Source of the DNA: a virus
Length of the DNA stretch: 64,000 nucleotides
Virus record (IMG/VR): IMGVR_UViG_3300028573_000014
Span: 1-64,000 of that record
Reading direction: 5' to 3' (one strand)
Below, in pieces: positions 9,513 through 20,485 of this stretch; position 1 is the first letter of the stretch, and each line of letters begins with the position of its first letter. A program made the translations under genes and the position numbers. The notes beneath the pieces were generated by a model, which searched no databases, had not been told where the DNA came from, and saw nothing but the letters and a program-made list of their open reading frames with translations.

Positions 9513-12500
9513 TTGTAAATATCTCCCGCTGTAATGCTAACGCCCGGTGCGACGCGCGGCTTTTCACCGCTGTTAGCCCATGTCTTGGTGTACCCGCAGG
9601 GGGCATCAAAGACAAATATCTGGCCCTTGTGGCTACCGAGACTACTATCGTTTCGACGAACGCGCAGCACGGCATCACCCGACACATTCTCTATGAAGGT
9701 CCATGTGACCGTACCCGCTCCGGTCAGGTTCTCTGCTACGTACAATTTGCATACACCGCCAACGCTGACAATGACTGCGATCTTCTTGCCCCGTAGCATC
9801 GTGATTTTGTTGGGACCATCGACAATTGCACCGCTGGCAGGCGTAGTAATGGCGGTCAGGCTACCCGTACCGCTCATAATATATAGACAGGTTCCACTCA
9901 CCTCAGTGTCCAGACCGATGACGGCCTGTGGTGTGGACGAACTTCGCTGCGAAGTAGCATCTGAACCAACCTGGAAGTAGGGGATAACGATGCTGGTAGG
10001 GTTCCCGCCCAGACTTGCGGCAAGACTGCTATAGGACCCGCCTAGCGTGCTGGCCTTCAGCACCGTGGCTACCCCTGCTGCATAGCTAACGCCTGTTACG
10101 TTGGCAAGGTCGAAGCCACATTCAACAGGGGGCGATGAGCCAAGATCGAGTGCGCTACCAATGGTAGCCCCATAATCACTGATGAGGCGCACATTGGCGT
10201 TGGCGCTGCTGCCGTAGGTCAGGATAACTTTGCTGACCCAGCACGGTCCACCAGGCGGCAACTGAATAGTCGCGCCCCAGACTTCCATTGTTGTTGAATC
10301 TGTACCGCCCAGATCGACCAGTCCGCCTTCCTGCGGGAAATTATTTACTGTTAGCGAATCGAATGTCAGAACTGGATAAAAGAAAGTAGTGAAATTGCCC
10401 GATGTAAATACACGGCAACTTAGCAAATGGCGCGTTGACGGGAACGTAATCTTACAGGACAGCGGATAACTGTGGTCAGTCGGAGACAGTCCTGAAGTGC
10501 TGCCCTGAAAGCCTAGCCCAGCAGTCCAGCCCAGTGTACCAGTAGGCCAGCGTGCCGGGTTGACACTCCAACCTGCCTGCGAGGCAGTGAAGTCGTAAGT
10601 AACAGTTTGCCCATCCGGGTTGCTGGTATAAACTTCCACACTTCCAGCCACGCCTGCACCGCGTATCTGGGTATAAGCTCCGCTGAAGGTGGCGCTTTTC
10701 GACCATACTGGCGGATGTGCCAGAACATTGGGCGCATAGTACAACACACTGTCTGTACCGTCCTCAGCCAGGATGTATCCGCCGCAAGTGTTGGAAGAAG
10801 GTCCGAGAGGATCAAAGATCGCGTCTCGAATGACAAATGATCCCAGATCGCTTGGCGTAATCCCTATCCATGTAGGGGCAGCCAGCGCAGCGTAATTCTG
10901 CGTTATCCATGCATTTGTATCATCACTGGCCATTACCGTATTACCGTCCAGATGCGTGATTTTTCCCACGGCTGGCTTAAAGCCAGGGGGGAGAACAGGC
11001 AATCCTTCTTCAGGGAATGGCGGCAGAGTCGGTAGTGATGGGAACGGGATAGGCGCGAGTGGCGGCACAGTGTTAGCTACATCAGGCGAAGCTGGTGGCA
11101 CCAGTCCTGCTGGCGCATCCAGAACAACCCGACGATAGACCACACGCACTTTGCGAGTGCCATCATTGGCAGTCTGATAACTCACACTCTTCACAAACCA
11201 GAAGGTCGAGGTGTCGAAAACGATGCGATTGACACCATTGGTTCCCACCACGGTGCTATCAATCGTCCAGGTGTACAGCTCTGACTTGGAGGGAATGAGA
11301 AAGTCGTAACCATCAGGATGGTCGATGGTCAGTTCTTCCACGAAGTTCTGGACTGCAAAGTACGTTCCGCAGCGCTGACAAACTTCCAACTGCGACTCGA
11401 CAGGATTCCCGTTCTTCAATATCTGGTCGGTCAAATTAGCGCTGCCCTGTGCTTCGCCAAATGTGATGTAAGCCTTGTATGCCTGAACAGTCGATCCGTT
11501 CTGGCTTGCGCCAGTCATGTCTACGCGACCAATGGTATTGTCGTAGCTCACGGTATGATTGACTGCTACACCGTCGGAGATAGCCCCGACTCCAGCGGTA
11601 AAGTTAGCAATAACAGGCAGTGCTGCAAATTCAGCATCGGTTAGATACTGCGCATCGCGGCAGCCAAAGATTCGACCATCTGGCGCAAACTCCAACGCAC
11701 CGTTCACCTGCGCCAGCAAGTTGTTGCAGATGTCGAGTACATTGTTGCCCTTGAAGGGAATCGCAGGCAGTTCAAAGTCCTCGGTGAGCAGTTCAGTATC
11801 GAAGTCGAGATCGCAGAGCGTGGCAACGGTGCTATGTCGCGTAAGAACATGCCAGACAGATCGCCGCGGGACGGCAAACCATATCTGGTCCCACACTGAA
11901 GGCGAACTCTGATTGATGATCATAAGCAACTGCTGGATGAGATAGGCCATGCGTGCCCCGACTCCAGCCAGTGAGAATGTTACATCCGAGGTCGTACTAT
12001 AAGTCTTGTCGCCTTTGATATTGCCGTTTTCACTGACAAACCAACCGATGAACTCAATATTGTTATCGGTTAGTCCGCCGTAAGTGTTCCCGTAGACCTC
12101 ATCTGAGCGCCACAGCACCGCAGGCGTTCCAGGCAGAATGTCATCCACGCCAGCAAACGCAGGCAGCGTGGCTGTATAGTTTTGCGTCCATGCCGCTGCA
12201 TTTTGCAGATTATCAAAGGATACATTCGGGGGATGATCGGCATCATGAATCTTGATCCCGAACTGCCGTTCAATGAATACACCATCGCTCTGGGTAACGA
12301 GCAGTGTGCCCCAGGTCTCACCCCACTCCGCGCAGGCTGCCGGATCAATGTCTACGGTAACAGTCGGGCTGGACAGCGATCCACTGATCACTGTAGCGAT
12401 GCCAGACCGGAATGAGTAGAGATAAGCCGTGATCGTTTCGCCTGCCTGCTCGACTTTGGCAGTGATATGCAGGTTCATGCGAAATTTGCCAGTGATAGGA

Positions 12501-13003
12501 TCGGGCGTTCCCGCATAGCAGGTCTGCAATCCTGTGACACGTGGCAGCATATCCTGATAAGCCAGTGTCGTGTCTTTATACTGCACAATGGCGGGCACAG
12601 TACCAACCGGGCGGGAAAGACGGTTCAGGATCTCGAATTCGTCCAGCACCCAGAAGTAGTAGTCGTCTGATACAGGCGCATTGGTGATATTACAGGTAAT
12701 GACTGACGAGGTGGGAATCAGACGAATACGCCCGTGAAACAGCCGCTCCTGAAGCGCTGAGTATTTCAGATCGTTGGTCGAACCAATGATGAGGGTCATG
12801 CCGTCCATCACATCGGTATAAGAACCGACGGTGACATTATCGTAATTGAACTGATACCAGGGGAAAGGGGATGGCAGGTTGCCGCTGACCTGACCTGCGA
12901 ACACCACACGCTGGCTGAAAAATGACACGTTAACCTGGCCTGCGTAGCGTCCAGAGCGCAGGAGATTGTACTGGTCAGTGGTCAGCGGTTCGTTGAAGGC
13001 CAT
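9509..13003 (-). CDS. Large minor tail protein (hub/tip) with C-terminal beta-rich domain
   Basis: 1164 aa after the distal tail gene; Pro-rich hinge then repeated blade-like motifs. Confidence 0.7.
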   Translation of the reverse strand: MAFNEPLTTDQYNLLRSGRYAGQVNVSFFSQRVVFAGQVSGNLPSPFPWYQFNYDNVTVGSYTDVMDGMTLIIGSTNDLKYSALQERLFHGRIRLIPTSSVITCNITNAPVSDDYYFWVLDEFEILNRLSRPVGTVPAIVQYKDTTLAYQDMLPRVTGLQTCYAGTPDPITGKFRMNLHITAKVEQAGETITAYLYSFRSGIATVISGSLSSPTVTVDIDPAACAEWGETWGTLLVTQSDGVFIERQFGIKIHDADHPPNVSFDNLQNAAAWTQNYTATLPAFAGVDDILPGTPAVLWRSDEVYGNTYGGLTDNNIEFIGWFVSENGNIKGDKTYSTTSDVTFSLAGVGARMAYLIQQLLMIINQSSPSVWDQIWFAVPRRSVWHVLTRHSTVATLCDLDFDTELLTEDFELPAIPFKGNNVLDICNNLLAQVNGALEFAPDGRIFGCRDAQYLTDAEFAALPVIANFTAGVGAISDGVAVNHTVSYDNTIGRVDMTGASQNGSTVQAYKAYITFGEAQGSANLTDQILKNGNPVESQLEVCQRCGTYFAVQNFVEELTIDHPDGYDFLIPSKSELYTWTIDSTVVGTNGVNRIVFDTSTFWFVKSVSYQTANDGTRKVRVVYRRVVLDAPAGLVPPASPDVANTVPPLAPIPFPSLPTLPPFPEEGLPVLPPGFKPAVGKITHLDGNTVMASDDTNAWITQNYAALAAPTWIGITPSDLGSFVIRDAIFDPLGPSSNTCGGYILAEDGTDSVLYYAPNVLAHPPVWSKSATFSGAYTQIRGAGVAGSVEVYTSNPDGQTVTYDFTASQAGWSVNPARWPTGTLGWTAGLGFQGSTSGLSPTDHSYPLSCKITFPSTRHLLSCRVFTSGNFTTFFYPVLTFDSLTVNNFPQEGGLVDLGGTDSTTMEVWGATIQLPPGGPCWVSKVILTYGSSANANVRLISDYGATIGSALDLGSSPPVECGFDLANVTGVSYAAGVATVLKASTLGGSYSSLAASLGGNPTSIVIPYFQVGSDATSQRSSSTPQAVIGLDTEVSGTCLYIMSGTGSLTAITTPASGAIVDGPNKITMLRGKKIAVIVSVGGVCKLYVAENLTGAGTVTWTFIENVSGDAVLRVRRNDSSLGSHKGQIFVFDAPCGYTKTWANSGEKPRVAPGVSITAGDIYN

Positions 13004-13428
13004 TAGCTCAGTTGCACCAATCTGGTATAGGATAAAGTGAAGGTTTTGAAGGCAGGAGCCATCTGTTTGCCCTGATTTGGCAACTGCTCAATTTTCAGGA
13101 TAGCGTTATAGACATGCCAGACGTTGGGATTTTCCTGTCTGAATTCCGCTGTAACAAACGACCAGTATTTATCGCTGTTGATATTGTGGAAGATGTAATA
13201 GAACTGCGCCTCGGTAACGTATCCCCACACCGGTTTGGCAGACGAGAAGCCTGCATAATAGAACGAACCATCGGTGTTGGTCTTTTCCTGACCCAACATA
13301 AATGATCCGTAGATCACTGGCGCAAGAAATGGCACGTCTCCCGCAGGTGTAATAGATTCCCATGCCGCCAGTCCTGCTGCGTTGTTATAGCCCACGGCTA
13401 TTTTGGAGTTAGCGTATTGATAACTCAT
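13003..13428 (-). CDS. Putative distal tail protein
   Basis: 141 aa immediately after the tape measure gene. Confidence 0.55.
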   Translation of the reverse strand: MSYQYANSKIAVGYNNAAGLAAWESITPAGDVPFLAPVIYGSFMLGQEKTNTDGSFYYAGFSSAKPVWGYVTEAQFYYIFHNINSDKYWSFVTAEFRQENPNVWHVYNAILKIEQLPNQGKQMAPAFKTFTLSYTRLVQLS

Positions 13429-16325
13429 TGGCCTTTTGTCCAGTTCTGTAGCATTGCAGCTACGGCATCGGCATTGGCCTGCGGGTCGGAGACACCCTGA
13501 ATGGTAATGCTAATAGGTCCAAGATTATTGTTGTTCTGAGGTGCTTGCACGTTACCACCTTGCAGGGGGGTGACATAAGCCGCACCGCCGCCGACGCGGT
13601 AAGAGCGTCCAGCGATATTGAGCGTTTCATCCTGACCTGCTTCGCTCATCACGAAGCCCTGGCCTGCACTAAAATCACCGCCGCCAGCAAACTCCGAGAA
13701 AGTGGAATGGCCCGCATAACTTGTTCCGCCGCCAGTAGCACCGCCGCTAGCGCCTGTGAGAACATCCAACTCCTGTTGAAGGAGTGCCATCCGCGCATTG
13801 TAATTTTCCTGATAGAGCGTAAGTTCACGGTTCAGATTTACGCCAATCTGGGTCAGCTTGGCCTGTTCAGCCGTGTCCAGATCTTCCTGCTGGCGCTGCG
13901 CCCATGTGTTGAGGTCACGAGTTTTGCGATCCTCGTTGGTATTTTCCTGATCAATGGCTCGATTGGCAGCCACCTGATCCGCTTCGACCTTGCGCTGCTC
14001 AGCCGTGATCTGCGCCGTCTCCTGATTCTTGATCGACGTGTTCAATGCATCCTGCTGCTGCTGAAGATGCTGTTGAAGCAATGCTTCCTGATTGGAATAG
14101 GAATTAACCTCATCCTGTTCCTGCTGTTGGAGTTGGAGGTGAAGCTGAGCCAGTTTGTTATCATAACTGGTGTTTTCAGTCGCCTCTTTATCCTTTTCGG
14201 CCTGCTGATCCTGATACAGCTTCTCGAAGTTGCCATTGAGAACATCATCCTGCTCGGACTGCATCGCGTTCTGGCGAATACTAGCGAGAGTCTGTTCATG
14301 GGTCAGTTCATCGGAAACTTCGCTATCGTGCTCTTTAACAACCAGGTCTGACATCTTCTGCTGCTCTTTGAGAAGATCGTCAGCCTGAGTATTGTGATTG
14401 TCTTGAATAAGTTTCGCGGAATCTTCCTGATATTTAGTCTGGTCGTCCGCAAGCTGATTTAAGTAAGCATTCCAGGCATCTTCATCCTTCTGAGAAGCGC
14501 TGGTGCGTATATCTGCGATCTTGTCAGCAGAAGCCTGAACAATATCTTCTTCTTTGCGAGTGCCATCCGTAACAATTTTTTGGAGATTGGCGCTGCCCTG
14601 ATTTACTGCATCCTGATATGCCTGGTCAGCTTTCGTCTTGGCATCAGACACTTGCTGCGTGTACTGATCTTCTGTCGATGTCAGTTGCTGGAGAACTGCC
14701 GTGCGCTCTTTGTCGGCCTCGGCAGCAGCCTTGCTAGCATCTGCAAGGTCTTGCTCATGCTGCGCCCAGTCATCTGCTGCCTGCCCCGCCGGGATAACAA
14801 CATCGGTCAGGTGCTGTTGGGCATATCTGTTATCATCCAGCGCTTTGTTGTTAGCAGCAATGGCATCGGTGGTCGCTTTGGATGTGTCATTGATCTGGGC
14901 AAGTTGATCATGCTGCGCCTGAAGATTCGTCTGCTCTTCTTTAAGCTGTGCGAGTTTCCCCTGAGCCTGCTCAGCAGTAAGCCCATCCAATGACTGATTA
15001 ATCTGCTCTTGATCCGCCAGCTTCTGAGCAGCTTGCGTATGATTGTAGATGGCATCAGCGGCTTTGTTCGACCCACCCTGGATTGCCAGAAACGCATTAG
15101 TATCTGTTTCCTGCATCGCCTCAACACTGGTGTTGAGCTTATCCACAGCGTCCTGAGCATCCTTGTAGCCTTTAGTGCCTTTGGCTTGCGAGGCTGCACC
15201 GACTTCTTGTTCATTGCCAGCGACATCCTCAGCGTTACTGGCCTTCTGGAATTCCTGTGCCTTAGCCTTGAGTTGATCCTCTGTGGTTCCAGGATCGGCA
15301 TAGGGGCGAATAGCATCTTCTAGAAGTTTAGTTTGGCCGGCCTGAAGGTCTTTGACTTTCTGCTGATTATCAGAGATCGTCTGCTGGTTATCATTGAGGT
15401 CCTGAGTAGCCTGAGTAGTGTTTTCATGCGATATCTTAGCAAACTGATCTTCCTCAGTAACCTGACGTTCTAGCCCTGAAGCAGCCAGGTCTGCCTGTTC
15501 CTGCAAAGTATGCAGCACTGCAATAAGACCGATAATTGCAGTAGCAACCGCAGCCACAGGAAGGGCAACACCTGCGATGCCAGCCAGCGGCACTTCCATT
15601 GCAACCAGACCTTCAGTGAAGCCTGGGATCAGCCCACCAGTTTCAACCAGCTTGTCATTGAGACCAACAAAAGCATCCTGAACTTCCTGGATACCGCGCT
15701 GGATAAAGAGAACGTCTGCGCCACCGGTGAGCGGACCGGCCAACCCTGGCGCACCTGCTAATCTTGCCAGACCACCTGCGGCACGCGCACCTCGCCCGAT
15801 AGCAAGAGGATTGCCAATACCGCCGCCGCCACCTTCACTATCATCTTCAGCGGGTCCAATGAGACCGCCTTCTGCACCATAGCCAATATCACCAGGTTGG
15901 GATAATCCAGGCGTGTAGGACCCAGTAGGTGAACTAGCTAACTGCTGCTGGACCGCAGCCTGCTGTTCAGCTTCAGCACGATAAGCATCTGCCAGCGCAT
16001 TGATCTGGTCGATTTGCTTTTGCGTGGTGTCGATGGATTTGTTCTGCTCATCATCAAATGTCTGCCATGCATCAGACTGAGCACGAAACGAATCAGCCAG
16101 TGAGTTGATCTGCTGCATTTCCTGATCAACCACGGCTTGAAGATCGTTGACCGATTGAGCAACCTGATTGCTGCTCTGGTCAACGGCATCAGAAAAGGCT
16201 TTAGGCGCGGCTGAGGCACGCTGAAAGGCATCTGCAATCTGGTCCAGACTTGCAGCAGCCTGATCATCGCCTGTAACCTGAATCTGGATGCTTTCCAGAA
16301 TCTGCCGTACAGTCTGATCTGCCAT
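13425..16325 (-). CDS. Tape measure protein
   Basis: 966 aa, Ala/Gln/Asp-rich helical, central hydrophobic segment, follows the frameshifted chaperones. Confidence 0.85.
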   Translation of the reverse strand: MADQTVRQILESIQIQVTGDDQAAASLDQIADAFQRASAAPKAFSDAVDQSSNQVAQSVNDLQAVVDQEMQQINSLADSFRAQSDAWQTFDDEQNKSIDTTQKQIDQINALADAYRAEAEQQAAVQQQLASSPTGSYTPGLSQPGDIGYGAEGGLIGPAEDDSEGGGGGIGNPLAIGRGARAAGGLARLAGAPGLAGPLTGGADVLFIQRGIQEVQDAFVGLNDKLVETGGLIPGFTEGLVAMEVPLAGIAGVALPVAAVATAIIGLIAVLHTLQEQADLAASGLERQVTEEDQFAKISHENTTQATQDLNDNQQTISDNQQKVKDLQAGQTKLLEDAIRPYADPGTTEDQLKAKAQEFQKASNAEDVAGNEQEVGAASQAKGTKGYKDAQDAVDKLNTSVEAMQETDTNAFLAIQGGSNKAADAIYNHTQAAQKLADQEQINQSLDGLTAEQAQGKLAQLKEEQTNLQAQHDQLAQINDTSKATTDAIAANNKALDDNRYAQQHLTDVVIPAGQAADDWAQHEQDLADASKAAAEADKERTAVLQQLTSTEDQYTQQVSDAKTKADQAYQDAVNQGSANLQKIVTDGTRKEEDIVQASADKIADIRTSASQKDEDAWNAYLNQLADDQTKYQEDSAKLIQDNHNTQADDLLKEQQKMSDLVVKEHDSEVSDELTHEQTLASIRQNAMQSEQDDVLNGNFEKLYQDQQAEKDKEATENTSYDNKLAQLHLQLQQQEQDEVNSYSNQEALLQQHLQQQQDALNTSIKNQETAQITAEQRKVEADQVAANRAIDQENTNEDRKTRDLNTWAQRQQEDLDTAEQAKLTQIGVNLNRELTLYQENYNARMALLQQELDVLTGASGGATGGGTSYAGHSTFSEFAGGGDFSAGQGFVMSEAGQDETLNIAGRSYRVGGGAAYVTPLQGGNVQAPQNNNNLGPISITIQGVSDPQANADAVAAMLQNWTKGQ

Positions 16326-16328
16326 TAA

Positions 16329-16660
16329 CTAAAACGCTCCCTTATAATCTGCCGCGCGTGGTCCCATCTCCTCAAGATCCTCGTCTTCAATGAGGCCATG
16401 AGCTTTCGACCACTTCCGATAGTTCACCTGTCTGTCCATCAGCATGATGTCATCCATCAATGCCTCGTCCTGATCTTCCAGACCACCTCTCCGAGGCCAC
16501 ATTTGAAAGCGGTCCAGGAAGAAATAGGCTAGCTTAACTTCATTCTCATCACTGTGGAATTTGGCTTCAATGTCCACAGGTTCCGGCGCATCATCGCTCA
16601 GTGGCTCTGGGTTGAGGACCCCGCTTCCGACGTACCGCTTGACGATATTGCGGATACTAT
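16329..16660 (-). CDS. Tail assembly chaperone, -1 frame extension (gpGT-like)
   Basis: -1 frame is open from the A-run at 16660-16668 (NSIRNIVKRYVG...PEPVDIEAKF) to the stop at 16329. Confidence 0.8.
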
Positions 16661-17002
16661 TTTTTTTTCAGCGTCCACCGTTGAATAGCCGTTCAATGCT
16701 GGGACGCGCATTTCCAGTAGTTCGCACAACTTTTCATCAGTCTGTGCAATGAATTTCAGGAATATTTCCAGCGTGGCGGCATCACCCGCAAAAGCAGTCA
16801 TCTTCGCAAAATCGAAGTTTTCACACTTCACGATCTGCGTGATGAAGAAGCCAAAGATAGTGATATAGCGCTTATAGAAGGGGGTTTCATCCCCCGCTGG
16901 CTTCAGCGATACCCACACCTGCCGCCTCACCTGCCCGTCCAAAATGGTTGGACGGGCAAGTTCGATGCGGATGTCACCGTACTCGATGGTATCCGTTTGC
17001 AT
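16598..17002 (-). CDS. Tail assembly chaperone (gpG-like)
   Basis: Between tail tube and tape measure genes; contains slippery GAA AAA AAA A. Confidence 0.8.
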   Translation of the reverse strand: MQTDTIEYGDIRIELARPTILDGQVRRQVWVSLKPAGDETPFYKRYITIFGFFITQIVKCENFDFAKMTAFAGDAATLEIFLKFIAQTDEKLCELLEMRVPALNGYSTVDAEKKIVSAISSSGTSEAGSSTQSH

Positions 17003-17003
17003 C

Positions 17004-17870
17004 CTACAAAAACTCCACTTGGGCAATCAACCGCAGGCCAGCCGTTGGCACAGACCCGAAGTCGAACTGGTAGTTCGTGCTCACCAGTGTCACCGTCGGT
17101 GTCACCAACACGCCATCCTTACGAGTGACGTTCGGATAGCCTGGGGCCAGCAAACCGCTGCCAGGGATCGCGCTCTGAGGCAGGTTGAACACCGAAGCAA
17201 TGCCGTCGGCCTTCCAGCCGTAGTACATCGCCTTGTTCGGGCTGCTGAACGGGAACTCAACACCATTGCTGGTCTTGAAATTCGAGGACGTGATCGCCAG
17301 ACCGTTCGGCAATATGCTCGACGGGTTGCAGATCACATGGCGCTTCCAGTCGGTGATCTTCTTTTCCGCCATGCCGTCAGACGACATGGGGACTGCTTTC
17401 ACCTTCGGGAAGAGAACGCCGTCCCAGTTACCCTGACCCTGGCTTGCCTGGTCCTTCGAGATTGACAGCCGCTGCATGAGCAGAGCGCCATCAATGTAGG
17501 CTGGCAGATAGGGCTGGATAACACCGAACGAAAGGTTGCCCTCAGCGACCACGGCTGTGGTCTGCGTGAGTGCGTCCAGCGTGAGGTCGGAGACACTACC
17601 AACAATGTCGAAACTCGGCAGTGTTTGTTGTGGCTCAACGATCTGACCCTGAACCTGATCTTCGCCCGTGCCCAGAAGAACCAATGGTTCTATGGCCTTA
17701 TAGGCTGCGGTTTTCACGCCGGACATGAAGTAACCGGCCTGCCCATTGTTGGGTCCAGGCACAAGCGTACCCGTTGCTCCGGCAAAGTATCCGTCCTGGT
17801 CGAGCGGAATGAACCATGCGATTCGGAATCCGCCCGACAGGACCTTGATAACGTTGTCAATTGCTGGCAT
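17004..17870 (-). CDS. Major tail (tube) protein
   Basis: 288 aa, beta-rich, canonical position before the chaperones. Confidence 0.75.
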   Translation of the reverse strand: MPAIDNVIKVLSGGFRIAWFIPLDQDGYFAGATGTLVPGPNNGQAGYFMSGVKTAAYKAIEPLVLLGTGEDQVQGQIVEPQQTLPSFDIVGSVSDLTLDALTQTTAVVAEGNLSFGVIQPYLPAYIDGALLMQRLSISKDQASQGQGNWDGVLFPKVKAVPMSSDGMAEKKITDWKRHVICNPSSILPNGLAITSSNFKTSNGVEFPFSSPNKAMYYGWKADGIASVFNLPQSAIPGSGLLAPGYPNVTRKDGVLVTPTVTLVSTNYQFDFGSVPTAGLRLIAQVEFL

Positions 17871-18368
17871 TTAGTAGTCCCTCTCCGGGTTTGTCAGATA
17901 GAAACCCAGTGTCCATAAAAATTTCGCAGCGATGATGTCACCTGGCATCAGGGGAGTAGTTAATTCCAGTGACGCACCCAGAAAGTTATTGATCCGACCC
18001 GGTTTCGCGTCGGAGGTCAGCAACGGTCTGGACCGACCCATCGCCATTGTGTAAGGAATCCAGGTATACAGTTGTTCTTCCAGTGCGCCATCAAAGCCCT
18101 CGGTTCGCTTTCCGAGCTGTAGTTCAGTCACAATTGCTGTGACCTCAGCATCTTCCCAGATACCGATGGGCTGTGGCTTGATAGTCGATATCCCGTTCAA
18201 CCACTTGGGATAGATAGCCTCGGCTTCATAGCGCATAAAAGGCTTTGCTGCTGTCCCAAAGTTCTGACCGAGTATTTGCCCGACTGCCGTGGATATTTCC
18301 TGTTCAATGGCAACAAGATGATCCATCGCGTCCTGGACGTTGATATAGTTGAGCAGGGTGACGGTCAT
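17871..18368 (-). CDS. Putative tail terminator
   Basis: Position and size; ATGA coupling to the upstream gene. Confidence 0.5.
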   Translation of the reverse strand: MTVTLLNYINVQDAMDHLVAIEQEISTAVGQILGQNFGTAAKPFMRYEAEAIYPKWLNGISTIKPQPIGIWEDAEVTAIVTELQLGKRTEGFDGALEEQLYTWIPYTMAMGRSRPLLTSDAKPGRINNFLGASLELTTPLMPGDIIAAKFLWTLGFYLTNPERDY

Positions 18369-19297
18369 ACCGCGCTCCATCCCCAGTCACGGGTCTGGTT
18401 AGTGATATTCAAGATCTCCGACGGTGCATCACTCGGATAGATCATCGTCTTGCCCTGCGACAGGTCGGTTTTTACTGCCTCGTAAGCCCCACGCCGTGAG
18501 TACCAGTATCCCAGCCATCGGTAGGCTGCCCGGTTGATCTCTGGCTGGACCTGCCATGTGGATATCTTAGTTCCCGCAGGCCATGCCTGAGCGGTAGATC
18601 CGTTCTGCCCACGAAGAGCAGTGATCGTTAGCCCGACAGGATCTGTGGAGAGAACCATCATCCATTCAAACACAGCGGGAGTCGCCAGACTATCTCCGAC
18701 CTGAATCATGTTTCCGGCAGACAGCGCTGGACTGTAGCCCCAGCTATTCATGCCTGCCGGAGTCGAAACTGCAAACGTGATAATGTGGTTATCGATGTCA
18801 CTCGTAATGGTTTGCAAGCTGTCTATCCAGCTTTGTGGGTAGTTCTGTCCGTAGCCCCAGTAGCCCGTGACTCGAATCTTTCGCAGAAACTGACCGGGGG
18901 CAATCCAGAAGTACGTGCCAAAACCAAAACCATACGACCAGCCATAGACCTGATTGCTGATAAGCTGCAACTGCATGTTTGGCGAGTCTTTCTGCACAAA
19001 CACATAATCCACATCGAATACCAGCACATTGTCAAAGGCATCAATAACCTGAGTCGGATACAGGATGGGACGGCCCAGATCTAACTTGCGCTGAACGTCA
19101 TCGATCCATGTGCCGAAAGCATCATAGCGATATTCCTGATAGTAAGGCAGATAGCGCTGGCGTGTCATGACATTCAGACGCGATCCCAGATCGACCAGAT
19201 TGTTGACAATCCAGTTGTCACCGGAATGATCGCTATCAGGCACTTTAGCCTCGTCACGAACCTGCGCCAGCGTACATAACCTGTCAGGAGGGAACAT
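18365..19297 (-). CDS. Head-tail adaptor/connector
   Basis: LCTLAQVR N-terminus, IRVTGYWGY, PEINRAAYRWLGYWYSRR typical of adaptor proteins. Confidence 0.7.
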   Translation of the reverse strand: MFPPDRLCTLAQVRDEAKVPDSDHSGDNWIVNNLVDLGSRLNVMTRQRYLPYYQEYRYDAFGTWIDDVQRKLDLGRPILYPTQVIDAFDNVLVFDVDYVFVQKDSPNMQLQLISNQVYGWSYGFGFGTYFWIAPGQFLRKIRVTGYWGYGQNYPQSWIDSLQTITSDIDNHIITFAVSTPAGMNSWGYSPALSAGNMIQVGDSLATPAVFEWMMVLSTDPVGLTITALRGQNGSTAQAWPAGTKISTWQVQPEINRAAYRWLGYWYSRRGAYEAVKTDLSQGKTMIYPSDAPSEILNITNQTRDWGWSAV

Positions 19298-19299
19298 CG

Positions 19300-19623
19300 C
19301 TAATCCGTCTCCACAATCACAGTGACCGTCGCATCGGCTGAGCCATCCCGAATCATCAGAAGCGCAGCAGTATTTTCCCGACCAACGACCTCGAAGATCG
19401 GGAAATTATTCGTCGGCAGTCGCAACCCGGCAGTTGTTGTGGGTGGATTGGTCGTCACAGGGTGATCCCACGCCACGCGAAGGGCATTGGCTCCGACGCT
19501 GATAAAGACTCGGTCTGCTGCCGCAGCCACACCGGGATCAAATCCGAACGCCACCAGACTCAATGCCACTGTAGACACGGTGCCTGTGATGTGAACTGAC
19601 TGCGAACTACCGTTAACTGCCAT
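19300..19623 (-). CDS. Virion structural protein (head decoration-like)
   Basis: Small beta-rich ORF downstream of the capsid gene. Confidence 0.5.
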   Translation of the reverse strand: MAVNGSSQSVHITGTVSTVALSLVAFGFDPGVAAAADRVFISVGANALRVAWDHPVTTNPPTTTAGLRLPTNNFPIFEVVGRENTAALLMIRDGSADATVTVIVETD

Positions 19624-19633
19624 GCTGCACCGC

Positions 19634-20047
19634 CTACTTCAACACGTAGCGACAGGCCAGATAGGCCAACCCTACGGTTGGAGATCCGCCCATCGTGACG
19701 TACACGGGCTTCTGCGAACTGAACTTGGTGAACCACTTGTTGAGAGTGATCCATGCTGTGCTGAACACCGGTCCTGCTGTACCCAGAACAGACTGGGCGT
19801 TCAGGAACGAGGTGGGCAGCGCCACGCTCTCACCCACGGACAGAGTTGCGCTACCATCGAAGATCGTCTGGACATCCAGATCGAAGCCGATGATCGTTGC
19901 GCCCTGTGGAAGGGTGAAGGCCAACTTGTTTGAACCCGTGGTCGGTGTCAATTGGAAGTACTTGACACCGAGAGTGCCCCCCAACATCGGGGGGGCATAG
20001 CCGTCGCCATCACTGGCGTATACTGCGGGGAAAGGTCCATCTACCAT
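19634..20047 (-). CDS. Virion structural protein (head decoration-like)
   Basis: TLPQGATII...FDGSATLSVG motif of small capsid-adjacent proteins. Confidence 0.55.
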   Translation of the reverse strand: MVDGPFPAVYASDGDGYAPPMLGGTLGVKYFQLTPTTGSNKLAFTLPQGATIIGFDLDVQTIFDGSATLSVGESVALPTSFLNAQSVLGTAGPVFSTAWITLNKWFTKFSSQKPVYVTMGGSPTVGLAYLACRYVLK

Positions 20048-20059
20048 GAGGTTCCCCCT

Positions 20060-20473
20060 TTATACGCTCAGTGAGGTGTAGGATTGAAGGTGCAGCTCGA
20101 TGGCGTTGACCGTGACACTGACCGCACCAACTGGAGCCAGCGTGACGCTGAGATAGCGCATCAACTCATCGCGCTTCAGGCCGAACTGAACTTTGCCGCC
20201 AGCAGAGCCAACGACATTGGGAATGGTGTAACCGGGCACACCAGTCACAGGATTGAGAATGGCATCGGCTGGGACATTCACGAATGTCGTGTTGTCAGTA
20301 GCCATCACGGGCTGAATAGACAGCGTGCCAGTGCCGCCGCTTGGGACCTGAATGGCCATCAAGACTGGTCCAACTGCGTTCACCAGGTCCACGCCCGCAG
20401 GTGTGGTGCTGGACGTAACCGCACCGTTTTGCAGCCAGTTGATGCCAAGAGCATTATCTAAATACGTAAACAT
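20060..20473 (-). CDS. Capsid cement/decoration protein
   Basis: Directly after the MCP; GVDL...RYLSVTL jelly-roll-like pattern. Confidence 0.55.
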   Translation of the reverse strand: MFTYLDNALGINWLQNGAVTSSTTPAGVDLVNAVGPVLMAIQVPSGGTGTLSIQPVMATDNTTFVNVPADAILNPVTGVPGYTIPNVVGSAGGKVQFGLKRDELMRYLSVTLAPVGAVSVTVNAIELHLQSYTSLSV

Positions 20474-20485
20474 GCTTCATTCTCC

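Noticed and set aside
13545-14351. 268-aa plus-strand Leu-rich ORF
   Set aside because: Shadow of the Gln/Glu-rich tape measure gene
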